A stretch of 64,000 nt of DNA from Bdellovibrionota bacterium. Lineage in GTDB: Bacteria > Bdellovibrionota_C > UBA2361 > JBGSMV01. Where the stretch lies: contig JBGSMV010000026.1 of assembly GCA_041739995.1 (NCBI GenBank), positions 1-64,000 of the forward strand. The letters are read 5' to 3'. How positions within the stretch are numbered: the stretch's first letter is position 1; the number at the start of each line of letters is the position of its first letter. The position numbers and the translations under genes are program-made. Below, piece by piece: positions 37,965 through 47,692 of the stretch. The notes beneath the pieces were generated by a model. The model worked only from the letters and a program-made list of their open reading frames with translations. It was not told the origin of the DNA and did not search any database.

Positions 37965-38298
37965 TATCGAATCAGGCCCCGCCTAAAATGCCGCTGCTTT
38001 CAACGAATGAGTTCCTCGACGAAACGCCCCCCGAGGACTTCAGCGCCTCGCCGCCCACCCAATTACCTGTTCCACACCTCGAGCACCGTTCGGCTGAGCT
38101 CACGGCCGTGAGCTCAGCCGCTACCAGCTCTGAGTACCGTCTCACTCTAGAAATCCCGTCTCTTCGCACCAAGGGGGGCATTCCAACGCTTCTCTGCGCG
38201 TCGGTTCATCAGCTCTTTAACCACATGAAACAATCCGGCAGAGTTAGAACTATCTTGGGTAGGTAACTCGATGGGTTAGATCGATTTTTCTATGCCCC
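37965..38298 (+). mobile_element. IS91-like 3' region (copy E) with palindrome and oriIS-like end
   Basis: 38130-38298 matches 18598-18767; cggctgagctcacggccgtgagctcagccg perfect palindrome; left boundary uncertain. Confidence 0.75.
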
Positions 38299-38952
38299 GG
38301 GGCCAAGTTTTTTTGTACATTTTGGTCTTGATGACATGATCACATTTGATGTTAGGGAGGGGGCAAAGGGCGGTCCATGTTACCTTGCGAAACTTGGCGC
38401 TATACCTGGCTACCCAGGCATAGCTCCTATCCGAGCCTACCCACCACCTGATGCCGTCCAGCCGGTCCAAGCGGCATCAATTAGGCTGATCGGAATGGCG
38501 GAAGACTTCATCGAAAATCTGCGTGGCACGCTCCTAGGGAACAGTGAATAGAGCCTCCTACGATTGCCTTACCCCTATTGGCACACGCCAACTATTTTGA
38601 AGAGACTCAGCGGTCGCTGAGGAGAAAGGACAAGAGACTATTCGCGGAATCGCACTGAGAGTTTCTTCGAAGTGCCGCCATGGCCCAGGCGTCGAGGGAT
38701 TGGGTCTCAGTAAACACGCGGGACAAGCCGTCGCGAGATCGCTTCGAAAAATTGAGGTGTCCCCCGCAGAGCTCCCCTCAAACTCAAAGGGTTTGACACA
38801 GTGAGGATTCTCTCCAGTACATGTGAGCGGCCATCATTCCGACCTTGCTAAGTGATCAAAAAATATGCCCCAATTTCGATCAAACGCCAGTGCCTTTGTT
38901 GTGTGATCCCTGACTGCGCTAGCGTCTCCTCAAACAGGCTTAACCCTTTAGG

Positions 38953-41250
38953 TTGGGCATTCGCAACGGCAGAGGAGAAATTATGGACGCAAATCGGGAA
39001 CCCTCGAACTCCGATCAAGGTACGAGAGCACATCGGATAGGTAGCGTAATGAAGTCTCCACTGGCACGGTGGAGTGGTGTAGCCGTTCTCTCCGCGGGAG
39101 CCACTGTTGCAGGCTTCCGCGCTTTCGGAATAAATCAGGGCGGTACCGCGAAGCAGCCGGACCCGATCGCAGCGCAGCATGAGTTGGAAGCGCTTCGGGT
39201 GCCCGAGCAGAGCGTGGCGCCGAGCGTCTCAGTTCGTCCCTCGCGTCGTTGGGATAAGGAAGTCTCGCTACCTTGGGTCCCTCCAGGGTTCCCCCCGATT
39301 AAGCTGGCGTATGCTGAGGACACCGTTCCAAATGCAGGCGGGGGCATTGCTAGAGACCCCATGGAGCGGGGGATATTCATGGCACCGCTCTTCCTTGTAG
39401 AACGGACAAAGGATGGCGAACTGAACGCGAAAGTAACAGAGGATGGAACTCTGATTCTTCCAGTCGTCGTATATGACTCTACAGGTGCACTTGGCCAAGC
39501 AGCCTTTTCGATGTTGCATGAGTCCCTGCCGAGTGGTCAGCAGAGACTCGCAGGCAGGATGCTCACATACACCCCAGAAGCCATTACTTTCGACGACACA
39601 TTTGGAGATACTTCTTCACCAGTGAGCTTTCGACCATGGCGAACGCATGTACTTAGTTCCGGGACAGGGCGGATAGATTTGGTCGGGAAGTTCACGACGA
39701 AGGCGGCTGCTGAGGCATTCCTCACCGACTTTGAGCAGGGGGCGCGAGCGATTGATGCCTCGATGGTGTACCCCGGAGTACGTCACCGTGAAGCATCAGT
39801 CGCCTTGTCTTTCGAGGATGTTGCCGGAACTGAACTCTTCCGTGATCTCTCGGGAAAAGGCGATGGCACCGTAACCCGCAGGGATGTAGCGCGGCTTGTC
39901 GCAGAAGGCCTCAAACGCGCGCACATAACCATCGTTCGCGATGAGGATTACCAGAACAACAAGGATCTCGATCGTCTGATCGATGCGTTACTTGCTCAAC
40001 TTCCCAAAGAAGAGGCTCGGATCGCCAGCGCTAGGGCAAGCTTAGATGAAGCCTTTCATAGAATCGGAGTGGACCCTCAAGATCTTCGAGCCGATATCAT
40101 GACCCGCTACAAAGTTCATAAGGGCGACCAGGGGGAAGACTATAGAAAATTTCAATCCGAACTTGAGCGCCAGATGAAGGCGAAGCGGAGCAGTTCAGGA
40201 TTTGATCTTGGGGCATTCAAATCGAATGGGGGCAGTTCGGAAGAAGAGTCTAAAGAAATTAAAAAGATTCTTATCGAGACACTACGAAAGTGGAATATCT
40301 CATTCGACGAGGAGAAGGATGGCACCTTCATAGCCGTAAAGTCTATTGACGTATACCAGAATGAGTTTTCACGTTGGTCTGATATGGGATCACTCGCGTT
40401 TGGTGACCGAACCCGGCTGGTGGGAGAAGGGGTGCTCTGTGTTCAGATCAATCGGCACAATATCGTGCACGGTTTTGATGCCGTGCCACTCGTCGTGAGG
40501 GAGGGAGTAGAGAAGTACCTGAGAGCGCTGCAATCATATGATGCGGTTCCTAACCAGTTCGAGGCGGATATGGGGCACTACGAGGCGACGATCAAGGAGC
40601 GTCAAAGCATAGTTGATACCTTAAGTCGTACGCATGTGCTTCGCGGAGTGGGCAGGAATCGCAGCTCGGAGCAGTCTGGGTCCTGGGCAGGGCTGCACCT
40701 CGATCCGGAGCGATGTCGCGCTCGCGAGGATACAATTGTCGGTTTTGTGACCTATTATGGGAAGCGCGCACATAATATTGCTCTTCTCGTTCGTCGTGCC
40801 GATGGGAGTGAGTATCAAACAGAACAACTTCTCCCTGGTGCTTCCCCAAAAGATGGGCGATGTGAGAGCTCAATGAGGATATCTCAAGCGGAGGAAGACC
40901 GTGGGGCAGTAATCACTGGAGTCGAGTGTTTCTATGAGGGGGACGACTTCGACGGTTGGACTTTCAATACGACTTTCGGCCAAATCCACGCACGCCTTGG
41001 CGGAGGGAGAAACACAACGAAATTTCCGATGCCGAGCCTTCCTGAAGGTTTCCAGTGGGAACTCATAGGAGTACAGGTCGAAGGTAAGGTGTTCAATCTG
41101 AAGGTCTTTAGTCGCCCAAAATTTGAGAACATTCCCGTTCTCGATCACGCTAATCTTACCTTTCAAGCTGCATTTATAGACCCAAATCGAGAGATTCCTG
41201 CGATGCCGCAAAAGCCAGCGAAGCGCGACCGACCCGTACTCGGACAATAG
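38953..41250 (+). CDS. membrane-anchored/secreted protein with possible C-terminal jacalin-like beta-prism domain
   Basis: N-terminal hydrophobic helix; C-terminus IVGFVTYYG...IALL...ITGVECFY...GWTFNTTFGQ...LIGVQV; likely start MDAN with GAGGAG SD. Confidence 0.75.
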   Translation: MGIRNGRGEIMDANREPSNSDQGTRAHRIGSVMKSPLARWSGVAVLSAGATVAGFRAFGINQGGTAKQPDPIAAQHELEALRVPEQSVAPSVSVRPSRRWDKEVSLPWVPPGFPPIKLAYAEDTVPNAGGGIARDPMERGIFMAPLFLVERTKDGELNAKVTEDGTLILPVVVYDSTGALGQAAFSMLHESLPSGQQRLAGRMLTYTPEAITFDDTFGDTSSPVSFRPWRTHVLSSGTGRIDLVGKFTTKAAAEAFLTDFEQGARAIDASMVYPGVRHREASVALSFEDVAGTELFRDLSGKGDGTVTRRDVARLVAEGLKRAHITIVRDEDYQNNKDLDRLIDALLAQLPKEEARIASARASLDEAFHRIGVDPQDLRADIMTRYKVHKGDQGEDYRKFQSELERQMKAKRSSSGFDLGAFKSNGGSSEEESKEIKKILIETLRKWNISFDEEKDGTFIAVKSIDVYQNEFSRWSDMGSLAFGDRTRLVGEGVLCVQINRHNIVHGFDAVPLVVREGVEKYLRALQSYDAVPNQFEADMGHYEATIKERQSIVDTLSRTHVLRGVGRNRSSEQSGSWAGLHLDPERCRAREDTIVGFVTYYGKRAHNIALLVRRADGSEYQTEQLLPGASPKDGRCESSMRISQAEEDRGAVITGVECFYEGDDFDGWTFNTTFGQIHARLGGGRNTTKFPMPSLPEGFQWELIGVQVEGKVFNLKVFSRPKFENIPVLDHANLTFQAAFIDPNREIPAMPQKPAKRDRPVLGQ

Positions 41251-41957
41251 GGATTGCGATGCACTTGTTCATAGAACCCGGCAAATGCGTGGGCCTGAAT
41301 GTAAGCTCAGATACAAAATGAAGTAGCCGAACTTTGATCGCAGAATTTGGATTCAGATCGTGCCTCCGCATCAAAGCGTCTGCGTGTAATTGCGTTACCC
41401 GTTCGTTCATACATTGATCTGCACTCGAAAGACGCCATCAATCTGCCTTTCGGAGAACGAGCTTTCTCGGCAACAAGTCTGCTCGAGAGAAAAACGCTGC
41501 GGAGTAGTTTCTTCGCTCGCAGACGGTTCCGCTCGCAACCGCCTCCACTATCACTGAACTGTCCCTGAGAACGAATTCTCCCGAGTGAGAGGCAGTCGAA
41601 CGCGGGATCGCAGTGTGCGTGCAATTGTTGCACCTCCGGTCGAAAGTTGCGGGCTGATCGGGAAAGTCCTTCTTGATTCGATCAATCAGTAGTCGCTTTG
41701 TTTTCTGATCGCAGCTTCGTTTAGTTTCACACTCGGCAGCTTCGAAGCGGCTGGGTTGGGGCGGAGTTGTTTCACCGAGCCAACCTTCTTTCAAAATCGA
41801 ATCTGGGAAGTAGCTTGATAACTCTGACCGAGAGATGCGCTGCGTATAGCGAATCTCTCGGTCAGGGTGTCGTGAATAGTAAGAAGGTTTTGCGAAGGTG
41901 GGGATATCGTGTCCCCACACTCGTCCATAGGTCACGCAGTCTCGAAAGGAGACCAGA

Positions 41958-43598
41958 ATGCGTACGTATAAGCTAGTGTTGGCGTTGGTCGCCCTCGTGG
42001 CGACCCTGGTTCTGATGACGCTCGGCGGCATCATGCCTGGCTCTGCCGCGAATGCCGCTGAGAAGGCGGCCCAATTTCAGGTCGAGCACGGCCCGATTGG
42101 TCGTATCTCGGTCGAGAACCAGCGCGATGCGCTGCGTCTCATGAAGGAGGGCTGGACTAACTTCGGCACCTATGAGGGCTACCTCATCATGCTGTGCGCC
42201 GAGGGTGACCCGATGCGGAGCGCAGCCGCGCTCCGCCCTCAGGTGTCGAATGGCGAAGTGGTTGAGTTCCGGCCGTTCCTCGGGAACTTTCCTGAACACA
42301 TCCATCCGCGACTGCTCGTCACCATCCCGAAGTACTTGGATGATAGTGGCAACCCCACCGGAGAATTGTTCGGAACGGGTTTCACTGATCCTTCCAAGGC
42401 CTTGTGTCTGGTGTTGAGTGACCACGGTGACGTGGTCCCTTTGGACGCCGCGAAGCAGGCGATCCAGGGCTTCGTCGAAGGCTTTGTCACCCGTCTGATG
42501 GTCGGGTCCTTGGCCAATGAATGGAAGGAAGCCGGGCTTGGGATCGATCCGAACTCGTTCGGGCTTTCCCTGAGTCGGAGCAAGGAGCAGGCTAGCCTGA
42601 TGAAGGAGTTCCTGAAGAAGAGTAACTACCTTCGGGCTCCTGACCCCAAGAATGACAAGATGACAGTGCTCGACTTCGAGTACTCGATGCCGATCATCCT
42701 TCAGCGCCACTCCCTGCACGCCCACGGTGTGCTGACCGGATGGCAGGCGGCGAGCGAGCTGGAGGGATTGCGAGGATCCCCCGACGAGCAGGTGCTGGAT
42801 GCGGCGCGTCTCTTGGTGGCGAGCCGCTACACCGCCTACGAGCAGGGGAGCATCTGCTCCGCTACGCTTAACTACTTCTACGGTCTCACTTGGGCCAACG
42901 GCGCGCGTCAGGCCAAACTCCGGCAGAGCGGCGAAGAGCTCGGTGCCAATCTCACGCGCGAGCAGATGTTTAAGTATCGCGCCGAGACCAACGAGCAGGT
43001 GCTCACTAAGGTGCAGCAGGATCCTGAAGTCCAGAAGTCTCGCCAGTTGGTGAACGGACTCGGGGACGCGTTTGATGCCTACCGTGAGTTCATCCAGCAC
43101 AACAAGGAGATGAACGCCTACGAACGCGAGATGCTCCTCACCGAGTGTGATGAGTTCTTGCGTGGTTGGCGCCATGGCGCGACGTCGGCCATGGATGAAT
43201 GCTTCCGAATCGTCTTCCGAACCGCAGCCGATCTCGCCTACGTCGAGGGCTGGGGTGATGGATTCAGCAAGGGCTATGCGGACGGGTACCGAGATGGTTA
43301 TGCCGCTGGGTATGCCAAGGCTTGGGAGGAAGCGAATACGATCATCGATTCGCTTCGTGCGCAGATCGCGGACTTGCAATCCGTGAATGTGCACCTGAAC
43401 GCTCGCATTACCACCCTGCAAGGTGAGAAGACGAGCTTGGCTCGCGCGTTGGCGAAAGCTGCCGGCGGACGCCAAAGCAACCTCGAACGCTGGCTTGGTC
43501 GCGGCTCTTCCGTCATCAAGGCAGCGTCGTCCTTCTTCGGGGAAACCACCGGCTTTGGTCTTGCCAAAAAATTGGTCAAGAAGCTGAAGTTCTGGTGA
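41958..43598 (+). CDS. secreted protein with FliH-like GYxxG repeats, coiled coil and cationic amphipathic C-terminus
   Basis: AAGGAG SD, signal peptide, EGWGDGFSKGYADGYRDGYAAGYAKA, ...GFGLAKKLVKKLKFW. Confidence 0.85.
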   Translation: MRTYKLVLALVALVATLVLMTLGGIMPGSAANAAEKAAQFQVEHGPIGRISVENQRDALRLMKEGWTNFGTYEGYLIMLCAEGDPMRSAAALRPQVSNGEVVEFRPFLGNFPEHIHPRLLVTIPKYLDDSGNPTGELFGTGFTDPSKALCLVLSDHGDVVPLDAAKQAIQGFVEGFVTRLMVGSLANEWKEAGLGIDPNSFGLSLSRSKEQASLMKEFLKKSNYLRAPDPKNDKMTVLDFEYSMPIILQRHSLHAHGVLTGWQAASELEGLRGSPDEQVLDAARLLVASRYTAYEQGSICSATLNYFYGLTWANGARQAKLRQSGEELGANLTREQMFKYRAETNEQVLTKVQQDPEVQKSRQLVNGLGDAFDAYREFIQHNKEMNAYEREMLLTECDEFLRGWRHGATSAMDECFRIVFRTAADLAYVEGWGDGFSKGYADGYRDGYAAGYAKAWEEANTIIDSLRAQIADLQSVNVHLNARITTLQGEKTSLARALAKAAGGRQSNLERWLGRGSSVIKAASSFFGETTGFGLAKKLVKKLKFW

Positions 43599-43645
43599 AC
43601 CATTCACCGAAGTGCCTCAGGACATTCTACGTCTGACCGAGGGCA

Positions 43646-43689
43646 GCTGGGGGATGGCACCACGCATCCCCCAGCGCCTTTAGGTTTTG
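43646..43689 (+). terminator. probable terminator
   Basis: gctgggggatg / catcccccagc stem followed by T-rich sequence. Confidence 0.6.
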
Positions 43690-43795
43690 TAAAGGTTTCT
43701 TCACCATTCACGTCACCCGGCCACCCTATTGAGTGTTCTCAGGACGATACGCGCTCTGAGGCGAAAAAGGTGAAGTAACGAGACAAGGGGATAGT

Positions 43796-45775
43796 ATGGA
43801 TATGAAACAGTTGACTACAACGCGCAATGCCGGGTTTGCTGAGATTGAGCCAACTATCGACTTTCATCAGAGCTCTCTGCCTGCTCGACAAAGCTGGTTT
43901 AGGCGATATCCGGAACTTGGTGCCGCTGCCGCAATTACAGCTTCCGTGCTCGGGATGGCTTCCTCCGCGCGTGCGGGGCAAGATCGAAGTCAAGATCAAA
44001 ATTCACGCATAGTGGAACGCACCGATTCGCCGCTTGCAGAGCGAGAGACGCCTGGAAAATTTGTCCTTCTCGAAAATGCTGGACACTTTGTACTGAGCGG
44101 ACTCGACCGCATGATCGGTCGCGAGCGACCATTACGAACCGTCACCGTGTGGAGCACCAATATCCCGCACACAGTCGCGGTAGAACCTACCTGGGCTCTC
44201 GTGGAAGCCGACACAGAATCAACTGCTACCTTGCATGAGGGAACGAACGTGAAGCTTCCCCCCGTAGTTCATGGCTTAGAGTACTCTTCCGACAACCAAT
44301 TCGCCTTTCTCTCTATGCTGGTTGAACTCTTTCCTTGTGGTTCGGACGGACAACTGGCGCCAGAGTTCACCGCTCTTGCGCGAAATGCGATACGAGCGCG
44401 CAATGAAACTAATGAAGTAAGTACCACAGCGATTGATCGCTGTCGGGTGAGTGGGTTCAAAGTCGAATTCCTCAATGCAAATACGGGGGAGGTCCTCGCC
44501 AACTATGTGACCCCGTACGAGTTCGAGAGCGGAACTCCATACCAAGTGCGTTTCCCGCTGAGAGTGCCGGCAGATGATGTGCGGGAGCTTCTCGAAAGGA
44601 TTGATGCAGGTCAAATAATGGCACGCTTCCAGCCGACCGCATCTGTTGTGCAGAAGGACGTGGCTAGCGCTCTCGTTCGAGTGACTCAAGAGGCATTTTT
44701 GTCCGCGATGGAAACATTTAAGACCTCCCACTCCGGGCACACGGGGCTCTTTACAGACAACGAGAAAAATGACCTTCAGACAGTTCTTCGCATAAAAGTT
44801 GAGGAGATCGTTCACGCAAAACCCGCCGCACTTGCGGCGACTCTACTTGAGCGTGTGCAGCGACTTCAGATGCCAAATTTCTGGACGCCAAGCGAAGTGG
44901 TGACGCTCGCTCAGCTCTCGTCTGATCAGCAAGCTCGTGCTGAAGATCATCTTAAGGCTCTAGTTGATACGAGCGAAAAGTCCCGTGAACAATGGGATCG
45001 CGAAGTGCGAGGCACTGAAGATGGGAAAACTACTACCTGGAAAGTTGGTGGCGGTGCAGGGCTAAATTTCGGCTTTGTTAAGATCGGAGGCGGAGGCGGG
45101 AGAAATGTCACCGAATCCGATCTCAAGTTTCTTGAAGATGGCACTGATTTGGTCGTAACTAGAATTGACCATAAATCTCGATATGTAGAGATGGGGGCTC
45201 GCGTATCCCGAATCGATCGCGCACGCCTTAGTCACGAGTACCTTGCGGGGACGTTCGTGATCGACACCGTTGAAGTCGATGGTTTTATGAAGTCGGTGGA
45301 GGTGCCAGTAACGTTCACCGCTGGCCGTGCGCACGACGATGTTGCCCAAGCCGAGGAGATTATTCGCCTTCGACTGGAGAACGCGCAGAAGAAGGCAACT
45401 ATCGGAGAGATCTCCTCGACGAATGCAGATCTGAAAATCGACATAAAGAAACTGAGTGCTGAGACCAAGTCTCAGAAAAAGGCCAATGAGACGCTGAAGA
45501 AGGAAGTGAGTTCCGCGCGTGCTGACGCGAAGGCAACCCGCTTCCAACGGGATAGACTATTGCAAGCAGTCGTCCGCTACTGCCGGCCCGACAGGGGAGG
45601 GATTTACTATGTTACCTACGGGCGGTTGCATGAGCTTGCCAGGTTTCTCGGCAACTCAGCGGACAAGCAAGTTCGTGCGCTATTGGAGCGCAGTTTTGTC
45701 GCGTATTGGGGGAAGCAGAAGGACTTCAAGGACGTCGCTTTACCACCACCGAACTTACAGAGTCCAAATAAGTAG
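43796..45775 (+). CDS. secreted protein, distant paralog of 38953, with Gly-rich beta-hairpin and coiled coil
   Basis: Signal-like segment ending SARA; TTTWKVGGGAGLNFGFVKIGGGGGRNVT; heptad-rich tail. Confidence 0.8.
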   Translation: MDMKQLTTTRNAGFAEIEPTIDFHQSSLPARQSWFRRYPELGAAAAITASVLGMASSARAGQDRSQDQNSRIVERTDSPLAERETPGKFVLLENAGHFVLSGLDRMIGRERPLRTVTVWSTNIPHTVAVEPTWALVEADTESTATLHEGTNVKLPPVVHGLEYSSDNQFAFLSMLVELFPCGSDGQLAPEFTALARNAIRARNETNEVSTTAIDRCRVSGFKVEFLNANTGEVLANYVTPYEFESGTPYQVRFPLRVPADDVRELLERIDAGQIMARFQPTASVVQKDVASALVRVTQEAFLSAMETFKTSHSGHTGLFTDNEKNDLQTVLRIKVEEIVHAKPAALAATLLERVQRLQMPNFWTPSEVVTLAQLSSDQQARAEDHLKALVDTSEKSREQWDREVRGTEDGKTTTWKVGGGAGLNFGFVKIGGGGGRNVTESDLKFLEDGTDLVVTRIDHKSRYVEMGARVSRIDRARLSHEYLAGTFVIDTVEVDGFMKSVEVPVTFTAGRAHDDVAQAEEIIRLRLENAQKKATIGEISSTNADLKIDIKKLSAETKSQKKANETLKKEVSSARADAKATRFQRDRLLQAVVRYCRPDRGGIYYVTYGRLHELARFLGNSADKQVRALLERSFVAYWGKQKDFKDVALPPPNLQSPNK

Positions 45776-45842
45776 GCCTGCGCACCGAGTGGGTCTCATT
45801 GAATCAACGAACATGGGCAACGAAAACAGGAGGGGAATTCGT

Positions 45843-47327
45843 ATGGATCAGACTACGTCCGGAGGACATCGACAGATATTGAAGCTTTGCGCGGTGATTG
45901 CTGCGACGGCCACGTCTTCGAATGTCAGCTATGGGAGTTCGTCTACAGAGCAGACAGCCGATACAAGAGAAGTTCTCGGCGCTCTTCGGGCACCCCAAAC
46001 ACAATCAGACGGCCAGGCACCGTTCTTTGAAGAGCTTGCCGAGCTCCTGCAGAATGCCCAACGTGAGTATGCCAGTGCGAAGCTGCAGCCCCCAACAGAT
46101 GACAGCGGAAGGCAGCCTCCACAATCTCGTCTGTCTCCTGGCCCCGAGCGAGAGGAGTCGCCTCACGTGCTGCGACTACCTCCTCGCCGGTTCTCTTTGC
46201 CAGATCGGTCCAATGAGACAAGGAGGCGAATGGACTCGTTCTTGAAAAATGGTCAGGAACGCACGGAGAGTGATGAGCGCTCCCTCAGCGATTTCGTGCA
46301 GCGCCTCGAGAAGGAGACCTCAGAGGGGCTCGAAGACGGTCCAAAGAAAAAGCAGGGATCTAAGGAGCCTGATTCGAGACGAGAGATCTCGGCACAGCGA
46401 GCACAAACTTCACCCCAAACCGGACCATCGCCTTCAGCGGAAGCTCCCAGGTCCCAGGGAGTCGCCCCCAAGCCGAAGGGAACACCACCCAGACCGCAAC
46501 CCTCTGCGTCTGACCAGAATATCCGAGAGAACGATGAGAAGCTTGCTGAGGCCAGGAATCGTGAACGTGTCGCACTGCAAGTGCGCAGCCTAGGGGACGG
46601 GCAGGTGGGTCCTGCGGTTGGTGTCGAAGCCTCAAAGCCCGAATTTCGTGCGGAGCCGATCTACCAACTGCTGGGGGTTGGAACAACGCCTGACAAGATG
46701 CTCGCAGGCGCCGAAGCTCTTGCGGAAGCAACTCGTCGCCCCGTGATTCCGATAAATAATGCGAGTGCTGTACAGCGGCTGGCTGAGGAAATTGAGCGTC
46801 AGACCAAATACGCGCCCGACTCGCTCGCAGCAAGGCTCGACCGCACTGCAGCTGAAATCTTCGGCAGGATTGAAGATGGCGCACGAACAGTCTTCGACCG
46901 CACGATGCCCGCGGAATTTGCCGTTGAGCCCTCCACTGAGACGATTGCGCTTCTTGCCAATCGACAGATCGCTAAGGAAAAAAAGTTTTTTCTTGTCGCG
47001 CATAGCCAGGGAAGTGTGATCGCTCAGAACGCGATGATTCTCCTTGCCCATCACCTTGACGAGGAAGTACAGGCGAAGATTATCACTGAGGCTGAAAAGA
47101 AAGCTGCGCTTGCGCGCATAACAATATTTGCCGTCGGGGCCTTCGCCCGCGAAAGCGATTGGCCATCGGGACTAAAAATTGTCTCCCTGAATAGCAAAGA
47201 TGACCCGATCTCTTCGTTAGGAGAGCACAATGATTGGTTCCAGAAGGAGGGGCAAAACTTCACTTTCGACTCCCATAACTACTTGGAGCGCTATATTCCT
47301 ATGATTACACAGAAGTTGGATCGATAA
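45843..47327 (+). CDS. exported protein with disordered linker and C-terminal alpha/beta-hydrolase (lipase-like) domain
   Basis: LVAHSQG nucleophile elbow, NSKDDPI, SHNY; ATG at 45843 with AGGAGG SD. Confidence 0.8.
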   Translation: MDQTTSGGHRQILKLCAVIAATATSSNVSYGSSSTEQTADTREVLGALRAPQTQSDGQAPFFEELAELLQNAQREYASAKLQPPTDDSGRQPPQSRLSPGPEREESPHVLRLPPRRFSLPDRSNETRRRMDSFLKNGQERTESDERSLSDFVQRLEKETSEGLEDGPKKKQGSKEPDSRREISAQRAQTSPQTGPSPSAEAPRSQGVAPKPKGTPPRPQPSASDQNIRENDEKLAEARNRERVALQVRSLGDGQVGPAVGVEASKPEFRAEPIYQLLGVGTTPDKMLAGAEALAEATRRPVIPINNASAVQRLAEEIERQTKYAPDSLAARLDRTAAEIFGRIEDGARTVFDRTMPAEFAVEPSTETIALLANRQIAKEKKFFLVAHSQGSVIAQNAMILLAHHLDEEVQAKIITEAEKKAALARITIFAVGAFARESDWPSGLKIVSLNSKDDPISSLGEHNDWFQKEGQNFTFDSHNYLERYIPMITQKLDR

Positions 47328-47389
47328 AGAGCTCGACCAATATGAATTGAGCACCATGACTAGAAAATCGTTCAGAGAGGACAACGACA

Positions 47390-47644
47390 ATGGATAGAGC
47401 CTGGGCATTAGCGGGAGAGTCGCGTCGGAATGAACGGCAGCCGCCCGAGGAGACTCCCCCGGTGGGATGTGCCCTAGCGGCACTAGTCCTTACCGGAACG
47501 CTACTTGTTGCCCTTGGCAAGTGCTCAAGAGAAGCGAGTCTTATGGAATCCAAACAAGAGACTCCTGCCGAAAGCTACCCTGAGCAAATAGCGCAGCCTT
47601 TGACTGTCGATCGACCGGAGGCTTCCCCTGCCAAGCGGGAATAG
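47390..47644 (+). CDS. small single-pass membrane protein
   Basis: GAGGA SD; one hydrophobic segment. Confidence 0.45.
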   Translation: MDRAWALAGESRRNERQPPEETPPVGCALAALVLTGTLLVALGKCSREASLMESKQETPAESYPEQIAQPLTVDRPEASPAKRE

Positions 47645-47692
47645 ACTAAAAAATCCCGCCCCTTAAGCTTTAGGCTGGCCCCCACACGAGCA

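Noticed and set aside
4505..38298. The roughly 75-bp repeat as a CRISPR repeat or integron attC site
   Set aside because: Spacing is irregular and kb-scale, there are no cas or intI genes and no RYYYAAC/GTTRRRY ends; it is contiguous with IS91 transposase sequence.
41438..42034. 198-aa minus-strand ORF
   Set aside because: Overlaps the start of the well-supported 41958 gene; no motif or SD.
41973..43607. 544-aa antisense ORF covering the 41958 gene
   Set aside because: Codon-aligned antisense frame of a GC3-rich gene with unnatural composition; the plus-strand gene has the SD and signal peptide.
45519..45842. N-terminal extension of the lipase-like ORF
   Set aside because: Overlaps 43796-45775; a better ATG with SD lies at 45843.
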